Assembly (NCBI GenBank): GCA_973895155.1
Contig: OZ316891.1
Coordinates: 29,561,611-29,625,610 of the forward strand
Length of the DNA stretch: 64,000 nt
From: Marsupella aquatica
Taxonomy: Eukaryota; Plantae; Marchantiophyta
Direction of reading: 5' to 3'
Position 1 is the stretch's first letter. The number at the start of each line of letters is the position of its first letter. Position numbers and translations under genes: made by a program. This document shows, piece after piece, positions 38,601 to 52,149 of the stretch. Under the pieces are notes generated by a model. The model worked only from the letters and a program-made list of their open reading frames with translations, had not been told where the DNA came from and searched no databases.

Positions 38601-41600
38601 ATCGGCAAGTTCCGCTGCACTCTTGGTCTCGGATGCAAATGTAACCCGTGACAAAGCTGGGAACTTTGTGCTGCCACGAGCTGATGTTTTGAAGTTGAGG
38701 GAGCGGCTGCGAAACGAAGAACAGGCAGCTGGTATATGTTGGTGCAAAGCACGGAGTTCTTTTGTACGGCATGATGTAACGGATGTGAGCTATCGAAGGA
38801 AGCTTTTTTCACACGCTCGAATCCTAGCGCTGGAGGAGGCGATTGATACCGAATGGGTGTATATGTGGGACAAATTCGGTGGCTATCTGCTTCTTGTCCT
38901 TGGGCTTGCAGCACGAGCAGAGCGAGTACAGGTAGACCCTTGTGATAGACTTTACTGGCTTCTGGATTTTGCTCTGAATCTTGCAATTTGGTTGACTTTC
39001 CTGGCTTCTTTACTAGGGACTGATTGTTCTCCTCTTGGCGGGATCAGGACGAAGTCCGTCTCAGACTTTTTCTTGACAGCATTGGATTTTCGGACTTAAG
39101 TGCAAAGAAGATCAAGAAGTGGACTCCAGAGGACAGGAAACGATTTGAGATGGTGCAAGAGGAGTAAGTTTATATCTTGTTGTAATTGGCTTGGTTGGAT
39201 ATTCTTAGCGTCTTGTTCCATAGCCAAGGCACTGTATACTTACTTTTCTCCTTGTAACTCATGGGAGATGCTGCACAGTCTGATGCTATGTAATGGTTGT
39301 TGTTGGCTTTGTTAGTTACATGCGTGAGAAGGAGATGGAAGAAGAGCTGATGCAGCTACGACGAGAGGAAGAAGGTAGAGGCAAGGAGAGGAGAAAGGCT
39401 TTACTAGAACGAGAAGAACGGAGGCGACGAGATTTGGAAGCATCAGTCATCTCATCTGTGCCAGATGTTGGCAGTAAAGAGGCCGCGGCCATGGCTGCCG
39501 CTGTCCGTGCTGTGGGTGGGGACGTCCTCTTTGATGAAAACAAAGCTGGGGACCAGGTTTCTAGTATCGCTCGCCGCATCTTGACAGCGCAGAGAGCACG
39601 TCGAGCACAGCAGGTGCGTGAGCTGAGAGCATCTAGTGCCTGTGGTCGTTAATCGGTATCGGCAGATGTCCTGCCGGAGACTGCTGTGATCGTCTCCGTG
39701 TCTCTGAATTGTGTCTGCTGTTGGTTCTTGCTGAGAAACGTTTTTCCTCCTGAGCGAAATCTGTGTGCTTTGTCAATCTAACTTCTCTATCTTTATTCCG
39801 GTTATATCTTTTCATGGAGGTGTTGGTAGCCGTTGGTACTGAAGTCTGCTTTATGAATTTTTTTGTCCAGGCTGGTGTACAGGGAGCTCAATGCATTATT
39901 GATGACGAGCCTCGGTCAGGACCACGACCTTGTGGTGTACTTGACCCTACTCTATGCGGCAGCCGTAAAGTTACCTTCTCAGCAGCTATTGTGGTACAGC
40001 CGGAGTCAGGGCCAGTTTGCTTACTGGGATCAGAGGCCCAGCAACGCATTTGCTGGGAAATTCTGATCGCTGGTGCAGAGCAAGGCCTCGAGGCTGGGCA
40101 AGTTGGACTTCGTCTCGTAGTAAAGGGTGCAGGGCAAACTACTTCCGTGAAGGTTTGGAATATTGGAAGTACATCTCTTGCTGATGGAAGGTGAGATGAC
40201 CGTCACAATTCTATCTTGGACTAGTCAACATGTCTTGGAATTTCATCTTGGTGTTGTTCACACAGGTTTAGAGGTTCCATTTGCTCTTTTTGGTTCCTGG
40301 CTTTTTCCTGTCCAAAAGAAAAAGATATCCCAGAGGACTGGTAATGTTGCGATGCCTTCTTGTTTACCGAGTGTAACGCCTTTCTTTGCCAAACCCAGCT
40401 TCATTGAACTTTTCCTGGTTTCTATAATCGTAAATCTCACTAAGTCAATCACTCAATACCCATCATTTTGCAGATGGCATACCTTGGCTGTCACATTAGA
40501 TGCTGAATTAGGAGAAGTGGCGTCCTACTTGGATGGAATCTTTGATGGTATACAAACTGGTTTACAGCTTCCAGCTGAGGATGGAATCTGGGATAATGGC
40601 ACAGAAGTCTGGGTAGGCATCAGGCCTCCAATGGACTTGGATGCTTTTGGTCGTTCTGACAGTGAAGGAGCTGATTCAAGGATGCATGTCATGGACATGT
40701 TCCTGTGGGGCCGACTCCTGACTGAAGATGAGATAATGACAGTGCACAACAGCACGAGCCCCGTTGAATATAATGACCATTATATTCCGGATGAAGGTTG
40801 GCGATCACCTGTTGAATCACCGGTAAGGATAGCTCTGAAAGTGAAGTATATCTACAGATCGCCTTATATAATGAGTGCAAGCTCCCCTGTTCCTTGTTTG
40901 GTGACATTGTTTTCCAACTGGAATTTCATTGTATGTATGTGACAGCTGGAGGAATGGGGCTATGAGGCTTCAGATATTGATTTGTATGATCGGGAAGAGA
41001 CCTATGATCAGTGGGAGGAGCAACCAACGACAGGACGGAAGCGGAAAGCCGAGAAGGAGACTGCCATTGATATGGACTTCATTACAAGAAAGCTGAGAAA
41101 GCCTAAAATGGAAACTCAAGAAGAGGTTACAGAGAGAATGCGGGCAGTTGAACTGGCGGTGAAGGAAGCTCTTGCCGCCCGTGGAGAATCACATTTTACA
41201 GACCAGGAATTTCCGCCGTCCAATGAGTCACTGTTTGTGGATCCTGATCATCCATTACCAAAGCTTCAGGCAAGCTCTTTGTGATCTCCTATGGTCGATA
41301 ATCTCCACTGTTATTTGTGACCTATTGTCCGAAGATGATACTTCTTCGATGCATGGAATCAACCATTGGAGATACTAAGTGGGATTCCAGACCTGTTCCG
41401 AAGATTTTAAGCTGAATATTACATGGAGAGAATGATCATTTTTCAAATCAGGAGGTTGATTTTGGAACTGATGTATTTGGCAGGTTGTCAGTGAGTGGTT
41501 GCGACCTGGGGCTCTGCAGAATAGTCCCGTCTCTCCTCCTTGCTTATTTTCAGGAACTGCCAATCCGTCTGATGTGTGCCAGGTATCAATCTTCATCTCC

Positions 41601-43856
41601 TTGTTGCGTCATTACAAGTAGAATTTTGGAGAGGAGTCTCCAAGGATCATTGATATGAACGGCGGTATTTCTGAGAAATGCTATACTCTAAATTATAACT
41701 GATCAAATTTTCTAGTGACTTCGAAGTTTATTTGAACTTTCTTCTTGGTGAGCCTTCGTTTTGATACAACTTTCCTGCTCGAGAACAGGGCCGTCTGGGA
41801 GATTGCTGGTTTTTAAGTGCGGTAGCAGTCTTGACGGAGGCCTCCAAGATATCAGAAGTCATAATCACGCCAGAGTATAATGAGGAGGGAATTTACACTG
41901 TTCGATTCTGTATTCAGGTTCCCATCTCTCCGATCTGCGGACTGTTCTCATTGTTCTGTTAAACGTATAACTGATTGCATGCCATGGAGTAGAGAACGTT
42001 CACTGGATATTGCTTCCTGGTTCACGCAGAATTTACCATCGCTTCCGAAGGAAGCCCTTCTGATAATTCTTATATCGTTTGTGTGGATACTGACTTGGCG
42101 TTTGATTCAAGAAATTAGGCGTTGTTCCGGATGTTTAAGTATATACTATCTATATCTCAAGCTTTCTGTTCTTTCCATACAGGGTGAATGGGTCCCTGTC
42201 GTGGTGGATGATTGGATTCCTTGTGAGGCTCGAGGTAAACCCGCATTTGCCACCAGCAGGAAGGTGAACGAGTTGTGGGTTTCCATCCTTGAGAAAGCCT
42301 ATGCAAAGCTGCATGGCTCCTATGAAGCATTGGAAGGAGGACTGGTGCAAGATGCGCTTGTAGATTTGACTGGTGGTGCTGGGGAAGAGATCGATATGAC
42401 GAGTTCTCAGTCTCAGTTAGATCTTGCTAGCGGAAGACTTTGGTCTCAGCTGTTGCGCTTCAAGCAGGAAGGTTTTCTTCTCGGAGCGGGGAGCCCTTCC
42501 GGTTCAGATGCTCACGTCTCCTCCAGTGGCATAGTGCAAGGGCATGCTTATTCCTTACTTCAGGTATGAGCGCATGTTATTAAGGAAGCTGTCCTAATAA
42601 ATAATTTGCCAGGAATGGGACTCTGCAATGTTTGTAGGCTCAAGATCCTTGATATGGTTCTGTCAAATTGTGTTCGGATGGTGTCAAGATGATCAAATCT
42701 GAAAGGTTTGAGTTCACATGCTCTGCAGATTATCGGTGAATACGAAGCATTTAAACTTGAAAGAATCTTCAACACGTCGAAGCATTGGACTTAAGTGGCA
42801 ATTTTTCCCCTTGTGAAAGTCGAAACATCTGGTATTCATATTGTGTTGTTGAATTGAAGGTCCGGGAAGTTGATGGTCACCGGCTCGTTCAAATTCGAAA
42901 TCCTTGGGCGAATGAAGTAGAATGGAATGGGCCCTGGTCGGATCTATCGTCCGAGTGGACAGATCGTATGAAACACAAACTTAAGTACACTCCTCAGGTA
43001 TGGATATCTGTCTTGTTTTCTGAGTATTAGGAACATCCTTTGCTCATAGGCGTCTGTACAAAATGTCGAGTTGTTATCGTGTGAATGATATTTAAATGGA
43101 CAATTTGAAGCCCAAACCGGATTCTAAAACTTGTGAGAAGAAAGTGTGACGAGTTTGCTCTGGGTCGTGTGTATTATGATGTTCAGGCCGAAGATGGTGT
43201 GTTCTGGATGTCATGGCAAGATTTCCAACTCCACTTCCGCTCCCTATACGTGTGTCGCATATATCCACCTGAAATGCGATATTCAGTACGAGGGCAGTGG
43301 CGGAGCTCCAGTGCTGGTGGATGTCAGGATTGTGATACTTGGCACCAGAACCCCCAATTTCGTCTCAAGGCAGTCGGACCAGATGCTCGACAGCCAATCC
43401 ATGTGTTTGTGACCCTCACTCAGGTACGCCCTGCACGCCCTCTGGTGTCAGTCTAGGGTTGTGTATGAGAAAGTTCGCCTTGTTTGGACAGTTGCTATAC
43501 CAACAGATCGATTTCTCTGTCACTGATTATGCAATGAATTTCTCTCGCAGGGTGTACATTTCATGTCAACTAGACGGGGTGGTGTTATGAACTACCAAGC
43601 AAGTGGTGATTCATTTTTCTTCATTGGTATGCGAATCATCAAAACTAGAGGCAGGAGGTCAGGCCCAAATATCTATATGCATGAAGCAGTCACCGGGACA
43701 GACTATGTGAATACACGAGAAATCGCGTGTGAAATGGTATTAGAGCCGGATGTCAATGGCTATACCATTGTTCCCACTACTCTAGGTCCGGGGCAGGAAT
43801 GCCAATTTTTGTTGTCTGTGTTCACGAAGGCTGCCATCACTCTGGAACCTTTGTAA
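29603..43856 (+). CDS. DEK1: DEFECTIVE KERNEL 1 phytocalpain (multi-TM domain + linker/LG3 + CysPc + C2L), 30 coding exons, ~2186 aa
   Basis: Exons: 29603-29736, 31095-31345, 31739-31921, 32170-32305, 32692-32822, 33214-33328, 33516-34605, 34811-34921, 35208-35266, 35458-35635, 36039-36315, 36439-36589, 36834-36945, 37129-37294, 37511-37581, 37809-37900, 38014-38176, 38305-38376, 38560-38931, 39048-39163, 39316-39613, 39871-40190, 40474-40822, 40946-41269, 41484-41582, 41789-41917, 42183-42563, 42860-42997, 43187-43423, 43551-43856 (6561 nt, divisible by 3). Motifs: AVNWRPWRIYSWIYARKW, QGRLGDCWFLSA (Cys), GIVQGHAYS (His), IRNPW (Asn), C-terminal ITLEPL. Confidence 0.97.
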
Positions 43857-45704
43857 CATTTGGAGAGCCTATCTTGTGTCGTTTGAAGAGAGTTCACTCT
43901 TTGGAGCCAGCCATCCTGTGCTTTGAAGAGTGAGGAAACTACAAGACTTCGCCAAGCACCGAACCTTTTCACGATTTCTCATGGAGCGGGTAAGATGATC
44001 TTTTGATTTGCTGAATTATTTATGAAGCGGGGTCTTCATTGTTTGCTATGCATCCGTTGATAACTCGTCCTATGGTCAGTTCTCTTGTGAAGTCCTGAGA
44101 AGTATAGTGGTCATGTGTGCTGCCGTTGCAGGGAATGAAATGGCTTGCCTACAGTTCGTCACGCCTTATCTCATCTGTACCAGGATATCCTCATGCTGCA
44201 AGATGAAGCTGTTTAGGACTGGCAGTGTCTGAGCAGTGAAGGGCTTGTCAGGGGCGTCAATACAGAACTGACGTGCTATCTTGCCAGCAACGGTCACACC
44301 AACCAATGATTCCAAAGGGATTTCCTTTGAGATAGGTTTGTAGTGACTACATGCGGCTCTGGTTGGTTAGTTCTGATCTAGCTGATCTTCCAAGAGTACA
44401 TGTTTCGGGGAGATATCTCGTCTCCTGGATTTATCACCACATTTGCTGAACTGGGGATTATTTTCAAGAATGAGGGATTGCTGTTGCTCCCCGGGAATAT
44501 ATGAAAATGTAAGCATGGCTTTGATTCAAAAGCTTTGTTTAGGAGGGTCTGCAACCTAAGTAAATGAGTGGGCTGAAAATTGTTGTTGAGAGTGAAATTT
44601 ACAGCCAGTATAGAATACTGACTGATACATTTTGCAACACCCACCAGCAGCCTGAAGTTCAATTGTTTATTGAAACTTATTGTTAGAGACTGGTGTAGCT
44701 ACTACAGAGTACTCAAATTGACACTGTACAGCAGCCACTAGCTTGGTTGAACAATTCAATGTAATCGTTGTATCATTATACATTACAGCATCTCCACTGA
44801 AGGGTTACTGTCCCTTTACAAACAGCTTTTAAGATGGTTCTCTAGTGTATCAGTGTGAGTTTCAACCGGAAATGCATCTACTATTGACATGCTGTCCTAG
44901 GTCTTGTCCATAAAGCTCTCAACATTAAGACGAGCCCAACGACGTAAGAGCCTTCAAAAAGCTGAAAAGAGGTGTGATGAAAATACGAACTCTAATCTCG
45001 ATCTTCTTAATTTTTGCAAATACATGCTCACGCTACGCACATAAAATTCTCTGGAGTGTCACAGCTCTCTCAAATTCAAACTCGGTGCATATGGCTGTCC
45101 ATTCTTGTTTACAGAGACTTGCTTAGTTCTTCCACAGGGAATGTGAATACTGCGGACAGCATTCCCATTCATGATCGAGCTGGCTTCTCCTGGAGATGGT
45201 CCTAGATGTACTGTCCAGGTAAAATGTTTTACTTTGAAGGAAGCTTGGAGATCAAACAGCTCCTTCTTCGAGCCAGCATCAGCTGATCAACAACAGAACC
45301 ATGATGGTTATCAACCAACTAGACAGAAATCGTGGAGTCTGGAAACCCTTTTCTGCTGCCTCCCGTTTGAAACGAAGTTCTCTGCATCCAGCCACCTCTC
45401 AAATCCTCTCCTAACAGTCATCCATTCCCAGTAAAGAAAGAAAAAAACCTGCTGCATCTAAATAACTTCCCTTCATGATCACATGCCCTCACAATTGCCC
45501 ATTTGCCAGACATAACAGAAACTCATGCCATAGCTGGACTCCTTCCCTTCACAATCATATGCTGTCCAAAAACACCTTCAAACAGAGGTCTGTTTCCATT
45601 TGCCCCTTTTGTCTCACCCCTGCCGCTCTTGTGGTAAACAGGGTGAAATGGCAGAGTCCATTTGCCCCCATTTTCATCCCCCAATGATCATATCCTGCAT
45701 GAAA

Positions 45705-45761
45705 ACACCCTCAAATGGAAGTTTGTTTTCCATCACCCTCAAATGGAAGTTTGTTTTCCAT
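45705..45761. repeat. 28-bp tandem duplication
   Basis: CACCCTCAAATGGAAGTTTGTTTTCCAT twice. Confidence 0.85.
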
Positions 45762-46069
45762 TTGCCCCCTTTTTCCACCCCCACCCATGCTGCTGCCAGC
45801 AGCAGTGCACTTCAAATGCAACGCTCCTGTTGCAAGAATGGGGTAGGATTTGGAACGTTGGCCAGGGTGAATAAAACAACAATGTATAGTACCTATTTTT
45901 AGTTGCTCGTGGTCCTATGGACTCCCAAGTGAGAACAACAAAGACATGCACTTGGGCCTAGACCCCTCATACATTTTTCCTTTCAAGTTTTGTTCACAAT
46001 TATAAGCTACAGCAAAGCTTTGCTGCTAAGTAGGCATGGCGACAAAAAAGGCTCAAATCCGGCTGCTTC

Positions 46070-46272
46070 AAATTGTTGGGCGGAGTGAATGTTAGGCAAT
46101 AGGGATGCAACATGAGGCTAAAGTGCAGCTAATTAATGACTGTACAGTAGAGTCATGCTAGCTAATGATTGCACAGTAGCATGCTAGTGGCTATTTCAAT
46201 TTGTTGAGGTGAATGTCTTGCGATAAATGCAACATAAGGCTAAAGTGCAGCTAATTGGTGACTATACAATAG
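46070..46272. repeat. Imperfect ~75-bp direct repeat
   Basis: GTGAATGT...ATGCAACAT.AGGCTAAAGTGCAGCTAATT..TGACT.TACA at ~46085 and ~46209. Confidence 0.7.
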
Positions 46273-47741
46273 GGTATCTCACAGCTCATTCCCATAGCTT
46301 CCGTTGACCAAAATGTTCCAGGCTGGGTCATGTACTAAAAATCTGTGGTTTCCACAAAACATGACCGTCAACAATGTGGGTGGTCAGTGCACTAGCATCT
46401 GCACCAACCATCCTTTGCACATCAGTTTGGCGCCCAATTGACCCATGAAAGCATGTTGAAAGCCATTTCAAACCAATAACCCTCTGGATTAAGTTTGCTC
46501 TAAATTTGGGTTACTTTTGGTGAGAGTCACAGACATAGATTTCTCATGATGCCTGACTGAGAAATATGGGAGCCAGCAGGTTTGAGACTCCCTAGCTAGC
46601 AAAGTCACGATCACAAGCCAGCTAATTTGGGAGCAGACATCAGAAAATTCTTAAACCTGTTGTTTCCCTATTTTAGGTGAGCTATTGCTGGAAGTTTCCA
46701 ACTGCAACACTGACCGGCACATAAATTTTAGGCAAACTTTACCCAGAGGGTTTTGGTATGACACTCAACATCATCAAAATTTTGAATTTAGTCATTTTCT
46801 GAAGGGTGTCTACAGTTCTTGAAGGGTGCTGAAGCATTTGAGTGGATTGATTTTCAGTGTGGACACCAATACACTTACCGCCTGAGTTAGGGCAATAAGT
46901 ATTTTTCAGGAACTGTACATTTTCAACCCACAATCTGGCCAACAACATTCTGGTCACATTTAGGTTGTGTGCTCAATTTTTTAGTTTTTCGGGCTTATTG
47001 CTGCTGCCCCATAAGCAATTTTGGCTCTCAGTATATTTCATAATTGCAGACCATATGTGTATATTGTCTTCATACTCTCCTCATTTTCTCTAGGGGGTTA
47101 CTTGAGGGTGGGTGCAGTGGGGCCAAACACATTTCAGCTAGAAGTTTGCAGGAAAAAATCTCAATTCAAAGGTGATATTTACTGATTTGAAAGTATGATT
47201 AACAACAAGCTCTCGTAGGAGCTGAAATAATAATGAAAAAATATTTGAGTGTCAAAATGCCTTTGACTACCACTGACTATCAGAAATTTCTATGAGAAGC
47301 GTCCTACTTGTCTCAACCAGAATCAATTGGATATGTACTACCGCTAACCTACGCTCCATTAACTTGTCATAGATTTCTAGCTAATTGCCAACATTCCCAG
47401 ATATGTTGATGGTCAATTGGTGTGCAGTTGTTCAATGCACAAATCCCATCAAGGACAGCTCTGGTTGAAACTCTTGGGCAACGGTGTTCCTCCCATTCTG
47501 ACATGTGAGAATTCCACTTATTAGTTTATCCACATTTCATCCTTGTCTTCCACATTGGCCACTTTAGCTGATCCCTTCACTTTAGTCGTTGAAGGAACAT
47601 ATGCAAGAGTAGATGAAACTCTCGTGTTCAAGTGCCTGGTCTTCTCTCACACTGGTCTCTGTAATAGTAAAAAGTCCCTATCAGAATAAGCCACAATCAG
47701 AATATGTAAAATAACCTTCACAAAAGAAACAATAGAGAAGC

Positions 47742-48141
47742 GACTACCATCTTACCCAAACACAGTGCCCCGGTGTTGTGTTAGAAAATGAAAAAAAATG
47801 GGTTCTTGTGACAAAACACATATTTGAACTCGAACACAATGGGCGGGCGACGTGTTCAAATATTGGCGTTCTGTTTGAGTTGGGCATTGTGTTTGAGTTT
47901 TGACCTTAAATTGTTTTACATTGAGCACAACTAATAAAAATTCATGAATCCTATGACAGTGTAAAACACTCAAACATAAAAGCCAATATTCAAACACAAA
48001 GCCCTTTAAGTAACAAATAAATGAAAACATGTAGTCAAAACTCAAATACAATGCCCCGGGCGCACTGTTTGAATAGAGGGCCCCATGGTCCACTATTCAA
48101 ATACAAGGCCATGGGGCTATGTTCGGGGAAAGATGGTAGTC
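47742..48141. mobile_element. ~400-bp MITE/foldback-like element with ~28-bp TIRs
   Basis: Left GACTACCATCTTACCCAAACACAGTGCCCC vs reverse complement of right GACTACCATCTTTCCCCGAACATAGCCCC; internal inverted TTCAAA(C/T)A motifs. TSD not clear. Confidence 0.65.
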
Positions 48142-49164
48142 TCTTCACTCATCTATGTAATAGTAAAAGCTAAGACATCAAAAGAAGTGCACTAATATCA
48201 TGTCTAAGTGGCAGGTCTGTCACATTGGTCAGTGTAGCAATAAAAGCCACAATCAGAATATCCAAGCTTTACAACAGGTCCACACAATAAAAACATTAAA
48301 TAAGTGACCAATCTATACACTCACCTATATAAAACAGTGCTATGCTATCAGAAGAAGTTCCCTACTATCGAAGCTTCACAAAAGAAACACTAAAGAACCT
48401 TTCATGTACCAATATCATTTTGACTCTCTTTGATGGTGACAAGTCACCATCTTCCTCAACTCCCCTAGTTCCTGAAATAACCTGATGTTTGAGCAGGGTA
48501 GTCTCTTCTTTAATATTCAGAGAATACCCAGCTCCTCCCGTGCAAACATTGTGCCTCTACAGAGCAATCGTACCAACTGTAAGTGCTATGGTTCTTGTGA
48601 CCTATAATTCTCATCCTAACCTGTGCAGGAACGCCCTCAGAGCACATCTAAGTGATACAAGTAGTATGCCCACTCCTGTTTTGAGACAGAGTTTGCATGT
48701 AGACCACACTCATGGTGTATCTCTTTCATGCATCTACTAGTCAATTGCTTTGCAGACACACGAAAGGCTTGCATGACATGACCTCTCATTATACCTCAAA
48801 AACTGACCAATTTCATCAGCACCAAAGTGGAACTCATTCTGGTCACATAAAACTTCCATGGAACACTTGGTTAAAGACGCACTTGGTTAAAGATCTTTAG
48901 GATCAAGTCTCTTGGTCTGACGCTTTTTGTTCTTTGGCAGTGTGATATATATTTTGTATGTTGTGGCTAGTAGAGGAAACCCGCTTTGGAGGTCGCTATT
49001 TGTAGCGTCAAAGTTCTTTCCTGGTTGGGCAGCTCATAAGAGGCCAAGAGTCCCAAACACCTTTCTCTTTTTCATGGTACCACTTGTTCATCCTTCTCTC
49101 TAATGGGGGCCAGAGCTTGCACAAGGGAGTGCTCCATCATAATTTTACTACAGCTGGAGCAACA

Positions 49165-50684
49165 TCATCAGGAAATTGGGGTGCTAGTTATTTGTTGTGT
49201 AATCATTGTTGAAAAACCTGTGCAGGGTATGACAATGAAACAATGTTGTAACATTGTGCCTATCATGTTGACCAATCATCATTGTTTATCTGAGGATTAC
49301 ATGTTGAATCAATCATTGCCTTGTATTTTTTCTTGATTGCATCAGTGACTATTCATTGTATTTTCAGTGTTCTTTCATTGTTACAATACGATGCAATGAT
49401 TTCATGATGTTTCATCGATGTCAGCTTACGGTTATTTCATCATTAGTTTTAATGTTACATCAGCCTTGAATCCATTGGGACCATGCCTCTTGGTTTGGCG
49501 TTACACTGTTTTCTAATATTACTTTGATTCAGGCCACCAAAAAAGGAGTGGATTCCATGTGTGTCTTTTCCATACTTCATAAATAGTTTCAACCATGAAC
49601 AACTTTTAACTACAAAACAATAAGGGAGAGAAGAGGAAAGGGTGGGTGGGGTGATATGAGTTGAGGAAGAGGAAGGGGAACTACATGCAACAAGAGGAAG
49701 AGTGAATGACAATGATTAGACATTGAAATGGTCATGAAAGGGCAATGAAACAACGCAAATCTGTTTAAAAGTCCACTCGGGTGGGGGGGGGGGGGTCACT
49801 ATATGAAGGGTCATACATCACGTGCGACGGTTTGGGTCATTTATGACCCCCCTAAGTCACTTTCTATAAAGTTGTACGACACCAATCATGTGATGACGCA
49901 TATGCATTTTGCAATTAAACAACCCTATGTGTCCATTGAAGACTTAATAAGTCTTCCGCCAAAACCATTTAAATGGCCCTATACTTCGTCACACGTGATA
50001 TGCCACTTTCATGGAAGTGACCCCCCGAGAAAGTCCATATTAACCCAATAGTGATATTGCAATGATTTCATTATGAATCATCATGATATTGCACTATTAA
50101 GCCACTATCGATTCATGATACAGTTTTTTTATTGTGGAAACAACATTGAAAATTCATTGCATAATGGATGACACCATTTGAAATACTCAAGCCTCAAAGG
50201 ATACAGTCACCATGAAATATCATTGAAATCAAAGCTTTTCAACCACTCTAACATACTGATGCAACAATGTAACAACATGGATGTCCACTCCATAGCCATA
50301 TTAGTTTCATGATGATAACTTTATGATGATTCATCATAAGAATATTGGATACTATTGCCAAGTTGAACACATGCTGAAAATACAATGAAAATGTGATGAA
50401 ATCGTTGCTGATTTTACAATGAGTCTGTGCTTAAGCATTGTCAATTTTTTTATTGTATAAAAAGTGATGCCAATCAACAATGAAAATATAATGAAGCCGT
50501 CCATGATGACACTAAAATGATTAAACATGGAAAATATTTGTGGTCAAACAGCCCATTCAATCGTGAAAATTTCAATGATGAATCATTGTCGAAGTACTTT
50601 GTGTGTAAATTAATACTACTTACACACTGTGATGAAAACATCATGAAGCTTAGCTGAATAGTATGGGTACCAATTTCCTGATGA
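49165..50684. mobile_element. Putative non-autonomous DNA transposon (~1.5 kb) with perfect 15-bp inverted repeats
   Basis: TCATCAGGAAATTGG (49165-79) and CCAATTTCCTGATGA (50670-84); interior rich in TCATTG/CAATGA/TGATGA motifs. TSD not established. Confidence 0.5.
49776..50029. mobile_element. 254-bp MITE with ~45-bp TIRs and an 8-bp TSD, nested in the previous element
   Basis: AAAGTCCA|CTCGGG(G)nTCACT..ATCACGTGCGACG ... CGTCACACGTGAT..AGTGACCCCCCGAG|AAAGTCCA; TSD at 49768-75 and 50030-37. Confidence 0.85.
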
Positions 50685-51348
50685 GTATATCAAAAATAGG
50701 TATATCAAAAAAGGTTTTAAAAAGAGTAGAATGTGAAATAAAGTAAAATATATTCAGAAATTAAAAATATTCCATAATAGAATCCTTTATAAACTAAAAA
50801 TAGTCCATTTATTGCAGTGTTTTTTTAAATTAAAATAGGCGTACAGTATTTAAACTAGACCACGATGACATGTGGTGTATCTACTCCTTTTGCAGCTTAT
50901 GGCGCCAGTTCTGGTTATGATTTGTATCTAATGTCCATCCGTTGCAACTTATGTGCAATGCAGCACAGTCGACTGGTATGAGGCTCAACATAGGGGGTAT
51001 CTCCAAAAAAATGGAGATACAAGCAGACGGTGGGATGTGTAATATCATTTCCTGCCTGCTATCTGTAAATTGAGTTCAGGGAAGGTATGGTGGTCGCTGT
51101 GAAAAAATGCCATAGAGTCGAGGGAAGGTACAGCGGTCACCGATGGAAAAATGCCACCGCTAGAGATGCTCATAAACCCCTAGTGTCATCCAAAGTGTGT
51201 GAGAACAAAATACCCATTTTGGCCATTTTTTCATCTTTCTTAAGGGGATTTTTATCTACTGTGGGATTCTGGTGACCAAAATCTTAGGAATAACTGAGGG
51301 ACCAAAAAATAGCCCATTTCTGCCCACTTTTGTTTTTATCCTTCTTCA

Positions 51349-51928
51349 GAGCTAGGTTCCATGGGGCTGGGGGTGAGGAGTACAGATATGTGTCGACATG
51401 TTTAAGCTAAAAAGATTGCCACTTTTCCAGGGACTAAGGGGTGTACAAATACTGTAGTAGGAAGTATGATTTGCCTCATACTCCCTCTTAACCTTCAGGG
51501 GTACCCCTACCCCTGTAAGTAACAGTACAGGGCATTCTCATTGGCTCCTAAGTCAAAACTCATGTATTTAAAATACTGTGTATACCTTGGCATACAGCAT
51601 ACTTGGGCCATTGTAGCGTGCAAGGATACCGTAAAACCTTTCCTCACATGACCCCTAAGTTTTCTATATCCAACTGCCTTGCTAACAACAACCTGGTTGA
51701 TAACATACATTTTGTGTGACTCCTCTTTTTGCTAGCGAACTGCTAGCCATCTGGAGTAAAAAAAAAAACAAAATATTTAAAAGCTAGCAAAAAGAAAAAG
51801 CAAAAGCAAAAGAAAGAACACTCCCCTCGCTAACAAAATTCATGTTTTCTCGCATTATCCAATACCACCCCAGGGGGTGTAAGAGGGACTGATCTTACTC
51901 ACTGCCCCTGGCCCATGGAACCTAGCCC
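51349..51928. mobile_element. Tourist/PIF-like MITE (580 bp)
   Basis: Left GAGCTAGGTTCCATGGGGCTGGGG vs reverse complement of right GGGCTAGGTTCCATGGGCCAGGGG; flanks TCA and TAA (imperfect 3-bp TSD). Confidence 0.7.
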
Positions 51929-52135
51929 TAAACCACCACCAGCCACTAGCCATTCCACTCATTCTTCTCCCTGTACCATTTGGCTACACAATTTCAAGAA
52001 AAGCTAGGGTGTGAAACTTTGGGTCCAAGTTTTGTCAAGGTTAGTGGTGGTTTTAAGGAGATGTTTTAAATTAAGCATTGTGGTATTTTAGTGACCAAAA
52101 CCTGAGGTAGGAATGAGGAGTGACACTGCTCGGTT

Positions 52136-52149
52136 AAACCCTAAACCCT
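52136..52149 (+). promoter_or_regulatory. Tandem telo-box upstream of FCF1
   Basis: AAACCCTAAACCCT ~560 bp upstream of the ATG. A probable 5'-UTR intron follows (GTATGT at 52464 to TACAG at 52685). Confidence 0.6.
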
